IMG/VR virus record: IMGVR_UViG_3300032213_002091
Location: 1-64,000 of that record
Length of the DNA stretch: 64,000 bases
From: a virus
Strand: one strand, 5' to 3'
Within the stretch, counting starts at the first letter, position 1, and each line of letters opens with the position of its first letter. Shown piece after piece: positions 37,530 through 44,869 of this stretch. The notes under the pieces were generated by a model that made no database searches, had not been told where the DNA came from, and was given only the letters and a program-made list of their open reading frames with translations. Position numbers and translations under genes: made by a program.

Positions 37530-37862
37530 ATGCGCAAAGACACTCGATTTAATCGCCCCGAGCGGCAAGAAATTGAAACCAAACTGAAGCCTGGAACTCT
37601 GGCCGATGCTCAAGCACTCGGGGTATGGAATATGATGCTGCAAGCTGACGACCCGTCGGAAGTCTGCCGGTGGTATCGTTCCTATCGTGACAGCGATCAT
37701 TGCACTCTCCCGCGAGAGCAACTGCGAAATATGCGCGACACAATGGTTCAGTCGATGCGAGAAACCAACCGCCAAGATTCAAACCCCCGCAAAGAAAAGA
37801 AGAAAGGGGTTCACTACGACCACCACAACGACGGTCGCATTCGCCCAAGATCCGGAGCCTGA
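37530..37862 (+). CDS. hypothetical protein (110 aa)
   Basis: ATG 4 nt after the nuclease stop. Confidence 0.65.
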   Translation: MRKDTRFNRPERQEIETKLKPGTLADAQALGVWNMMLQADDPSEVCRWYRSYRDSDHCTLPREQLRNMRDTMVQSMRETNRQDSNPRKEKKKGVHYDHHNDGRIRPRSGA

Positions 37863-37863
37863 C

Positions 37864-38310
37864 ATGAACGCACTCGAAGAAATTTCTCAGCACAGGGTTC
37901 CCTGTGGCCCGATGACTGTGGCTGCTTCGGGTGTCTGCAGAAGGCGGCTGCGCGACTCTTACGACCGCCTTCTTGATCGTCTGGCACAAGAAATTCACCA
38001 GGAGTACACTCCGCCGGAACTTCCAAAGGATCACAAATTTGACAAAGAAGGAAAACTTGTTCACAAGGAAGAACTTGCCAAGCGTGAGCAAACTGCGAAA
38101 ACAATGCAGAAGGGCAAAGAGAAGGCAAAGAAAGAGCGAGAGAAGAATGCTCCGCATTCTCCAGAGATTTTAGAATCCAAGAAAGAAAAGCTGCTGCAGG
38201 AAGGTATGATGAAGGCCGATGTCAAGAAGCAAGTGAAAGAGTACGAAGAGAAATTGATGGGGAATAGCAAGATGGGGCAAGATATCACGGGCAAGATCAA
38301 GAAACGTTAA
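37864..38310 (+). CDS. hypothetical Lys/Glu-rich protein
   Basis: ATG 37864 directly after the upstream TGA. Confidence 0.6.
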   Translation: MNALEEISQHRVPCGPMTVAASGVCRRRLRDSYDRLLDRLAQEIHQEYTPPELPKDHKFDKEGKLVHKEELAKREQTAKTMQKGKEKAKKEREKNAPHSPEILESKKEKLLQEGMMKADVKKQVKEYEEKLMGNSKMGQDITGKIKKR

Positions 38311-38318
38311 GGGTAAAA
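38311..38318 (+). promoter_or_regulatory. GGGTAAAA motif
   Basis: Directly after TAA; 23 nt before ATG 38342. Confidence 0.7.
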
Positions 38319-38341
38319 CTTGAGCAGATTACATTAGTGTT

Positions 38342-39064
38342 ATGCTCGGTTCTTTTTCAGAGGAAGCTCTCTTCAAGTATTCGGAGATGGTTTCACAAAC
38401 ACAATCTGCAGACTTCTCCGAAGGAGAGAGTTACGACTTCACACGGTGTATGCGACCTAACGGGTCTATCTACGGTACGCGAGGGCAATGCCGCAAAGGT
38501 GTAGAATCCACCAAAGGCGCAGCAGCCAAAGTAGCGGAAAGAGCAGCGAAACTGGCACGTCAGAGAAAGAATCAAACACCTGAAAGAAAAGACATGTATG
38601 ACCGACTCGCAGCGAACGCCGCCGGTCGTGCGCGTGAACCTTTTGAGAAGGGCGATACCAGGGGGAATATGACGCCCGGTGAAAGGGAAAGACGCAGAGA
38701 AGCTGACGCGTACGAGTCAAGTCTATACGGGCATAAAAATAACACTTACGGGCCAGGGGGTGTGACCAAGGATACGGGAAAGAAGAGAAAGCAAGAAGCA
38801 CTCGGCGAATTCGCCAAGGCTGGATTACCATCAAGAGTTGACGAGGCCATCGCAAGGGTTATGGAGCACCCGAAATTACAGAAATACGTTGACAAAAACG
38901 CCGCCTACGATGATATTGCAGCTACGGTACCAAAAAAAGTTCTGAAGAAAGTGTTGGGGTGGACCGACAAAGACCTCGTGGCAATTGTTAGGGGGACAGA
39001 CCCTTACGAGGGAACTATTTACGAGGACGACGAAGGGAATTACCAGTTTTACGGGGCGGCCTGA
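38342..39064 (+). CDS. putative internal head protein with DFTRC-x-RPNGSIYG-x3-QCRKG module
   Basis: Acidic leader with FSE/YSE motifs, then a two-Cys module and a basic region. Confidence 0.55.
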   Translation: MLGSFSEEALFKYSEMVSQTQSADFSEGESYDFTRCMRPNGSIYGTRGQCRKGVESTKGAAAKVAERAAKLARQRKNQTPERKDMYDRLAANAAGRAREPFEKGDTRGNMTPGERERRREADAYESSLYGHKNNTYGPGGVTKDTGKKRKQEALGEFAKAGLPSRVDEAIARVMEHPKLQKYVDKNAAYDDIAATVPKKVLKKVLGWTDKDLVAIVRGTDPYEGTIYEDDEGNYQFYGAA

Positions 39065-39066
39065 GC

Positions 39067-39074
39067 GGGTAAAA
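39067..39074 (+). promoter_or_regulatory. GGGTAAAA motif
   Basis: 27 nt before ATG 39102. Confidence 0.7.
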
Positions 39075-39101
39075 TAATTAAAGTTCTATAACAACTGACA
39101 A

Positions 39102-39464
39102 ATGAGCAACAGAATTGGAGGCGACTTCGACATGGACGCCGTTGAAGCATTTCGCGATGCGTACGCATCTCGTCTAATGACTCCGGAGGATCAAGACGTT
39201 GATGCGTTCACAGGTCTCCCCACTGGCGAAATCTCAAACACTTCTCCGTGGCTTGCCCACACAGGATTGTGGAAATACCCAAGCGGAAAAGGCCCCGACG
39301 ACGATCTGAAACAACCCTTCCAACCGGAATCCTACTACGAGGAGGAAGAGACCGACGAGGATGAGGAGCTCACTGAAGAAGAGATTGATACCCTTATCGA
39401 TGAAATTCTTGACGAAATTAGAACGGAGGGAGACGATGGGTCTACTGACGAAGACAACGAATAA
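39102..39464 (+). CDS. hypothetical acidic protein
   Basis: ATG after the motif; poly-Glu/Asp C-terminus. Confidence 0.65.
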   Translation: MSNRIGGDFDMDAVEAFRDAYASRLMTPEDQDVDAFTGLPTGEISNTSPWLAHTGLWKYPSGKGPDDDLKQPFQPESYYEEEETDEDEELTEEEIDTLIDEILDEIRTEGDDGSTDEDNE

Positions 39465-39756
39465 TTTTAATGAGCGGCGTTTTCTGATTCGCAGCCTCGT
39501 TATCATTTTCTTGATTCAGTTTGCATCTACTGGTGCGCAGTTTGCCAACTGTTTCAAACTCTCAAACAGCTCGGCTGAAACCGAGCGCACGAACCTCGTC
39601 TGCAGCCAGGCAAATTCAAGTTTCTCCGAGACTAGCAAATTAGCGTTGACAACTCTGCTGGCTTTGTTAGTTCCCGCCGCGCCTGCAGGCGGTGCCGTGG
39701 TTGAGCAAGGGACTCGCCGTCGCAAAACTACTGAAGAGTCCGAGAATCTTTCGTAA
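39436..39756 (+). CDS. small membrane protein (two hydrophobic segments; possibly holin-like)
   Basis: FLIRSLVIIFLIQF and LALTTLLALLVPA segments; charged C-terminus. Confidence 0.45.
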   Translation: MGLLTKTTNNFNERRFLIRSLVIIFLIQFASTGAQFANCFKLSNSSAETERTNLVCSQANSSFSETSKLALTTLLALLVPAAPAGGAVVEQGTRRRKTTEESENLS

Positions 39757-39757
39757 A

Positions 39758-39765
39758 GGGTAAAA
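39758..39765 (+). promoter_or_regulatory. GGGTAAAA motif
   Basis: 25 nt before ATG 39791. Confidence 0.7.
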
Positions 39766-39790
39766 GGAAAGTATTGCCACTACCCCCTGT

Positions 39791-40498
39791 ATGTACGGAT
39801 CCCGTCTCGACTTCTCCGACGTTTCGCTTCCTGGCGTGGGCGGTAACATTAACGCCTCAAATGCGATTAGCGTGGACAGGTTGAAAGAAATGAACGCCTC
39901 CGGCAAGAAGTGGGCTCCCGACATTACTGGCGGGATGTCTCACCACAACGAAAGTGTTCTGAAAATGAACGCTGCCAATCGCGAAAAACGTGCCAACCTC
40001 GTCAACCGGGATTACAACGAAAATTGCGATGGCAACAAAGCAATGAAAGAGATTTTCGACCGCAAAAAGTCTCGCATGGCCTCCTTCAAGGAGCTTAAGA
40101 AAGCCGAGTATGGGTTCGCCGAAGGTGATTCCCAGGACACCGAGCTGCTTGCAATCCCGCAACCTTTCGCAATGGCCGAATGCAAATGCGGAGGAACCTG
40201 CCCCGTTTGCCGCGATAAAAAGCGCAAAGATGCAGAGTACCGTGAGTGGAGCACGGAGAAGCGCAAAGAACTGAAAGAAGGGGGAGTTAAGGGGGAGTTC
40301 GCCGGGCCTGAAATGTCCTTCCCAATCTCGAGCCCTGAGGACGTTGCCGCTGCATGGTCTTCTGTAGGCAGAGGAAAAAACCCTCGTCAAATCATGGCTA
40401 ACATCATTCGTATCGCGAAGAAACACGGCTGGGAGTCGGGTTTGCCGCAGTCCGTAAAAGACCGTCTAGCCTCAGGTCAATCTGGTCTGCCGGAGTAG
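39791..40498 (+). CDS. putative internal head protein (CxC-x3-CxxC and FAGP-SFPI modules)
   Basis: ECKCGGTCPVC; EFAGPEMSFPISSPEDVAAAWSSVGR; several [FY]-x-E motifs. Confidence 0.55.
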   Translation: MYGSRLDFSDVSLPGVGGNINASNAISVDRLKEMNASGKKWAPDITGGMSHHNESVLKMNAANREKRANLVNRDYNENCDGNKAMKEIFDRKKSRMASFKELKKAEYGFAEGDSQDTELLAIPQPFAMAECKCGGTCPVCRDKKRKDAEYREWSTEKRKELKEGGVKGEFAGPEMSFPISSPEDVAAAWSSVGRGKNPRQIMANIIRIAKKHGWESGLPQSVKDRLASGQSGLPE

Positions 40499-40499
40499 T

Positions 40500-40766
40500 A
40501 TGGAACCCGTAACAATCTTAAGTATTGTGGCGTCAGTCGTAACAACCGTGTCTGGAATCGGGTGGGTTCTGGAACGAAACGGTAAGCGCATTGACGACAG
40601 ATTTGGAACCATTATCCGTCATATGGAGAAGATGGAAAGGGTTCTTGACAACCTAAGAACGGACCTGCCAATCAAGTACACTCTGCGGGAAGATCACTTG
40701 CGCTTAACGGAAAAAGTCGAGGATATCCAGAAAGAACTCATCATTTGGAAGACCACGGAGTCATGA
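40500..40766 (+). CDS. small membrane-anchored coiled-coil protein
   Basis: N-terminal TM segment (ILSIVASVVTTVSGIGWVL) followed by a coiled coil. Confidence 0.55.
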   Translation: MEPVTILSIVASVVTTVSGIGWVLERNGKRIDDRFGTIIRHMEKMERVLDNLRTDLPIKYTLREDHLRLTEKVEDIQKELIIWKTTES

Positions 40767-40767
40767 A

Positions 40768-41325
40768 ATGAACTTTGAAGATTATGACTGGAATCGCCTT
40801 GACGGGCTAGGTTTCAAAGAAAGTACAAAAGATGATCTCAAAGACGCCTGCTGGTCTGGCTATAAGGCGTATGGTCTCAAGAAGAAAGGTGGGAGAATGG
40901 TTCCCAACTGCGTAAAGATCGATAGTAAGCACAGTGAAGGTGACATTGCCACTGCGGAAATGACACCGAACTACCTACCGAAAGAACCAGGCGAAGGCGA
41001 CGAAAAAAACCCCCAAATGAATGAAGGAACCCCGATTCGAATGCCCCGCATGGAAGTGATCAAGAAGGCAGCCGATAAAAACGGTCAGCTTGCTATGCAC
41101 GCTTCTGTCAACGACTCCACTTATTCCGAGGTTCTTCAATCCACTGAGAACAACGGCGGAATGATCATTACCCAGCTTCGTGTTGCTCTGGAGAAGATCG
41201 AAATTATGCTCGATATGCTCGATGCAGAAGACAATCTTCCACCGTGGGCTGCAACCAAAATTGCAAACGCTGGTGTTGCCTTAGCAAGCGTTGGCGACTA
41301 CATTCGTTTCGGCGAGGAAGGTTGA
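40768..41325 (+). CDS. putative internal head protein (ACW-x-GY...VPNCVK module)
   Basis: ACWSGYKAYGLKKKGGRMVPNCVK and DNLPPWAATKI modules, recalled from cyanophage hypothetical proteins. Confidence 0.55.
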   Translation: MNFEDYDWNRLDGLGFKESTKDDLKDACWSGYKAYGLKKKGGRMVPNCVKIDSKHSEGDIATAEMTPNYLPKEPGEGDEKNPQMNEGTPIRMPRMEVIKKAADKNGQLAMHASVNDSTYSEVLQSTENNGGMIITQLRVALEKIEIMLDMLDAEDNLPPWAATKIANAGVALASVGDYIRFGEEG

Positions 41326-41633
41326 TGTGGGGTTCTTTCTTTGCGGGAGTTCTTGAGCGGTTTTACCAGGACTACGCCGAAAAAGCAAACTTAGCCTGCA
41401 ACAAACCGCAGGCGGACACTCAAGGCGGACACAGCCATGTTGTCAAAGCGTGTTACGACGGTCAGGAAAAGTTGATTCGGTTCGGTCAAGCTGGCGTCAA
41501 AGGTTCCCCTAAGAAAGAAGGTGAGTCGGAGTCTTACAAGGCTCGACGCGAAGCTTTCAAAGCGCGGCACGCAAAAAACATCGCGAAAGGACCGTCTTCC
41601 GCCGCATATTGGGCCAACAAAGTTAAGTGGTGA
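41325..41633 (+). CDS. small basic protein (KLIRFGQ...FKARH...SAAYWA module)
   Basis: TGATG coupling; MWGSF...DYAE leader followed by a basic domain. Confidence 0.65.
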   Translation: MWGSFFAGVLERFYQDYAEKANLACNKPQADTQGGHSHVVKACYDGQEKLIRFGQAGVKGSPKKEGESESYKARREAFKARHAKNIAKGPSSAAYWANKVKW

Positions 41634-41638
41634 ATCTC

Positions 41639-42142
41639 ATGCAAAGCAATTTCAATTTCCCCTCCGTTGACCACCTGATTGAAGGTGTTCACTACACTAT
41701 CGTAGACTGGGACTTCGCGGACGGCCAAGGTTGCGGAGATGGCGAGAAGATGGTTTTTGGCGTCTGTCGCAAAGTTGGTGGTGGAACGGGTGAGAAAGAC
41801 TTCGACTCCAGCAAGAAAACAAAGCAGGAAGAAGAAGGGGAAGCCGAAGCTAAGAAGCAAGGTTCCGACGTCAAAAGCAACAAACCGGTGACAGTGAACG
41901 GCAAGAAGATGGGCTGGGCCGTCAAAAACGGGAAGCCCGTGCTTGTTGAGTGGGGTTCAGTCGCTGGTGAAAAGAAAGTGGGTCCGAAACCCGTAAAACC
42001 AAGTCAATCGCCCCGCCCAAAAAACGTTCAAGCGCCCTCCCCTGCCCAACCGGCTTCAGCTTTGGCGAACCCGAACGCTAGCAGCTCGGCTCGACAGCAG
42101 GCTATCAACACAATCGGTCGCAACACCCTTCAAAACACTTGA
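41639..42142 (+). CDS. hypothetical protein (WDFAD, GCGDGEKMVFGVCRK)
   Basis: ATG 41639; member of the cluster. Confidence 0.6.
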   Translation: MQSNFNFPSVDHLIEGVHYTIVDWDFADGQGCGDGEKMVFGVCRKVGGGTGEKDFDSSKKTKQEEEGEAEAKKQGSDVKSNKPVTVNGKKMGWAVKNGKPVLVEWGSVAGEKKVGPKPVKPSQSPRPKNVQAPSPAQPASALANPNASSSARQQAINTIGRNTLQNT

Positions 42143-42144
42143 TA

Positions 42145-42152
42145 GGGTAAAA
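42145..42152 (+). promoter_or_regulatory. GGGTAAAA motif
   Basis: 25 nt before ATG 42178. Confidence 0.7.
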
Positions 42153-42177
42153 GTATCCATAAAGCCTCCGTCCCGAC

Positions 42178-42690
42178 ATGCGTACAGACGCCATTTCTGA
42201 AAAGGCTATTGAACAAGCCTACTTGATTTATTCGGAGCGGGGACACCAGATCCTCGATTACTCCCACACACCGACAGATTACGCTCGCGGAACCGTTCTA
42301 GAACCCGAGAATACATCTGTGATCAACTCCCGTTTCGGCGAGCTTCTGCCGGAAAGCATTCGGGATGGCGGAGAGTATGACAGCCTTTCCGAGCAAGAAA
42401 GATCCCTCGATCTGCGCATCGACTCTCTTCAAAACGAGATGCGTACCTCGCGTATGCGTGGAAATTTCAAGGGCCTGCAAGCTCAGATGAAGGAAATGCA
42501 CAACCTAATCAAAGCCAAAGAGGCGCTTGACGCAAAGCTCGCCACGCTTGATCTTGGTTGCAAACAAATGGACGATTACGACCGGACGATGAATCAGGAC
42601 GATTCTTACTCCGAGCAAATTCAGTCCGTCGGAGCTCGCATTTCTGAACTCGAAGCCAAACTTGAAGAGTACCGGGAGAGCCGCCAGTGA
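42178..42690 (+). CDS. coiled-coil hypothetical protein
   Basis: Heptad-rich; YSE, FGE and YRE motifs. Confidence 0.65.
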   Translation: MRTDAISEKAIEQAYLIYSERGHQILDYSHTPTDYARGTVLEPENTSVINSRFGELLPESIRDGGEYDSLSEQERSLDLRIDSLQNEMRTSRMRGNFKGLQAQMKEMHNLIKAKEALDAKLATLDLGCKQMDDYDRTMNQDDSYSEQIQSVGARISELEAKLEEYRESRQ

Positions 42691-44660
42691 AAAAGAGATG
42701 CAGCCGCAGTAAAGCGTGTGGAGCAGGTTGTATCAGCAATTCAAAAGCGTGCCGGCTCAACTTCCCAACCACTGTAAACAACATTCTCAACAAAGCCTCG
42801 GATCAAGTCGGGGTTGTTGAACTCTACCGTGCTGCTGCTGCAGGCGGAAAGCGCGGCGGCGCGGCTCAGTTCGAGAAGATCAAGAAGGAACTTCGCCAAG
42901 AACTCGGCAGAAACATTCGCGCAGGCGAAGACGCACGGGAACTCAAGCGACGCCTCGTTGCGGCTGGCGTGATTCCAGCACGAGGTGCTGCAGCACCTAA
43001 GACAGAAGAAAACGCTGGGCAAATTTTCCAGAAAGCCGTCGCACAACCACAATCGGTTCCTTCCGCTCTGAAGCAAGAACTGAATCAAATCGCGGCTAGA
43101 GATCAGCAACAAAAAGATAACAAACCCGACTCCTTGTACGGAGCATGGGATACGAATCTTCTAGTTAGGTTCCGGAAAGATCTCTCGAACCAAAAATTTG
43201 AGGATAGGGAGATCATTAAGCTAGCTAAAAATAGAGTAGACCGGGAGTTAGCTCGCAGAGAGGAAAAACCGAGTGAGAAACCTCCGGTAGTTCTCGCAGC
43301 GCGGCAACTTGATAAGTCACCCGGCGCTCGAACAAGAACGGTCCCCCCGCCAAGGGGAATAACGAATGGCGAATCCGATAACTGGCAATGGACCGGCGTG
43401 ACTGACGTATTCGACGATATTTCACGCATAATGAGGGGAGTATCTCCGCGACACATTTCCATGGTTGGTGACGAAAGTGCGCGAGTCAAGAAATCACAAA
43501 TCGCGCAACTTCAATCCGTGTTGGGTCTCGGAGCTCAAACGAGGAAAGAAGTTGGCCGTGACCTGGAAGGGCTTCTCGATGAGGCAAGAAATCTGAAAGG
43601 CAGACTCATTAGTCAGCAGAAAAGGTTCAAAGGTAGTGACCAGGAGAGATTGGTTTTACTCGATCGTCTCAAGAAAGTTCGAGAAGCGATTCAAGGTCCT
43701 GCCACCAAAGCAACCGGAAACGTTCGCTACGCTCGTGAAGATGCCCGCGACCATGACGGTGATATGCTGAGCAAAGGAATTTCTCGTGAGCTTGGAAACA
43801 AGTCGTATCGCTGGGAAGATTCTTACGGCTCCGGCTCAACTCTTCTCGGAAGAGGTGCCTATGGAACTGTTCTTCGTGAACCAAACAAGGGTAACGCCAT
43901 CAAGAGAGGCGAAGTTGGCAAAATTGAGGCCGATCTGATTGATCGCCTTGGTAAAGTTGATCTTGGTCCGAAACTTCTTGCTGCACAACTTGACGGTGAT
44001 TCTCAGTATAACCCTGGAACGAAGATCGGTCGCGTGGCGATGAGCGTGGTTGCAGGAAGTCCGATCGGCTCAAAAGCGCCCGACAAAGAAATTGGCGGTG
44101 TCAAAGTCGCTGATGCGTATTGGATTGCTCGAGCAAATCTTCACAGAATGGGTATCGCTCACAACGATATGCACATTGATAACGTCCTTGTTGATCGCAA
44201 AGGTAAAGCCCGTTTCGTTGACATGGGCCTCGCTCAGGATTCACCGAAGGCAGCTTTAGCTGAGGCAATGGGTGTTTTTCTTCCACCGAGGGGATCTACG
44301 GCAGATAGAGGACGTGGTGCTGCAGGGCAAGGGGACTGGCAAGTTCGCAGATGGAAGGGAACGGCAGGCGATCTGTTGTCAATATATGAGAAGGGAACTA
44401 AAAATGGTGGTACCCCGCTGGCAACAGAGAGAGCCCGGAAAGATCTAGAGACAAAAGCCCCCATCCTTGCTAAAGTTCGAGAAAACAAAAACGAAGTGCA
44501 GTTTGCGATGCTTCGAGATGGTTTCTCCAAAGACGACATCGCCACCGTGATGGACCACGGGATTCGCTCGCCGATGGAGACTTACGAGCAGGGCGTCTGG
44601 GCTAAAATAAGCAACGAACAGGCACAAAAATACATCTCGATTCTTTACGACGGAGTTTGA
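42687..44660 (+). CDS. Cys4-tagged protein with C-terminal Ser/Thr protein kinase-like domain
   Basis: N-terminal C-x5-C-x3-C-x6-C; LGRGAYGTV (Gly loop), AIK, HRMGIAHNDMHIDNVL (catalytic loop), FVDMG. Confidence 0.82.
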   Translation: MKKRCSRSKACGAGCISNSKACRLNFPTTVNNILNKASDQVGVVELYRAAAAGGKRGGAAQFEKIKKELRQELGRNIRAGEDARELKRRLVAAGVIPARGAAAPKTEENAGQIFQKAVAQPQSVPSALKQELNQIAARDQQQKDNKPDSLYGAWDTNLLVRFRKDLSNQKFEDREIIKLAKNRVDRELARREEKPSEKPPVVLAARQLDKSPGARTRTVPPPRGITNGESDNWQWTGVTDVFDDISRIMRGVSPRHISMVGDESARVKKSQIAQLQSVLGLGAQTRKEVGRDLEGLLDEARNLKGRLISQQKRFKGSDQERLVLLDRLKKVREAIQGPATKATGNVRYAREDARDHDGDMLSKGISRELGNKSYRWEDSYGSGSTLLGRGAYGTVLREPNKGNAIKRGEVGKIEADLIDRLGKVDLGPKLLAAQLDGDSQYNPGTKIGRVAMSVVAGSPIGSKAPDKEIGGVKVADAYWIARANLHRMGIAHNDMHIDNVLVDRKGKARFVDMGLAQDSPKAALAEAMGVFLPPRGSTADRGRGAAGQGDWQVRRWKGTAGDLLSIYEKGTKNGGTPLATERARKDLETKAPILAKVRENKNEVQFAMLRDGFSKDDIATVMDHGIRSPMETYEQGVWAKISNEQAQKYISILYDGV

Positions 44661-44821
44661 TGGGCAAGCACGACGAACAGTATATCGCTCTGATGTCACG
44701 TTACAAGGAGCGCAGACAAGAGCTGGGCGAAAGAGCGGATCTCTACCTTGAGGCGGCAATGAAGCTTCGAGAGAAGGGAGAAGTGAGCGAAGACGCGATT
44801 ATCGGCGGGGCCTACCTGTAG
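44660..44821 (+). CDS. small protein (53 aa, MGKHDEQYIALMSRYKERR...), not in the ORF track
   Basis: TGATG-coupled to the kinase; its TAG overlaps the next GGGTAAAA. Confidence 0.7.
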   Translation: MGKHDEQYIALMSRYKERRQELGERADLYLEAAMKLREKGEVSEDAIIGGAYL

Positions 44822-44828
44822 GGTAAAA
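44821..44828 (+). promoter_or_regulatory. GGGTAAAA motif
   Basis: Upstream of ATG 44870. Confidence 0.7.
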
Positions 44829-44869
44829 GGTTGAAGCGTCATTACGCGTTTCAACTCGCTCTTTAGCAA

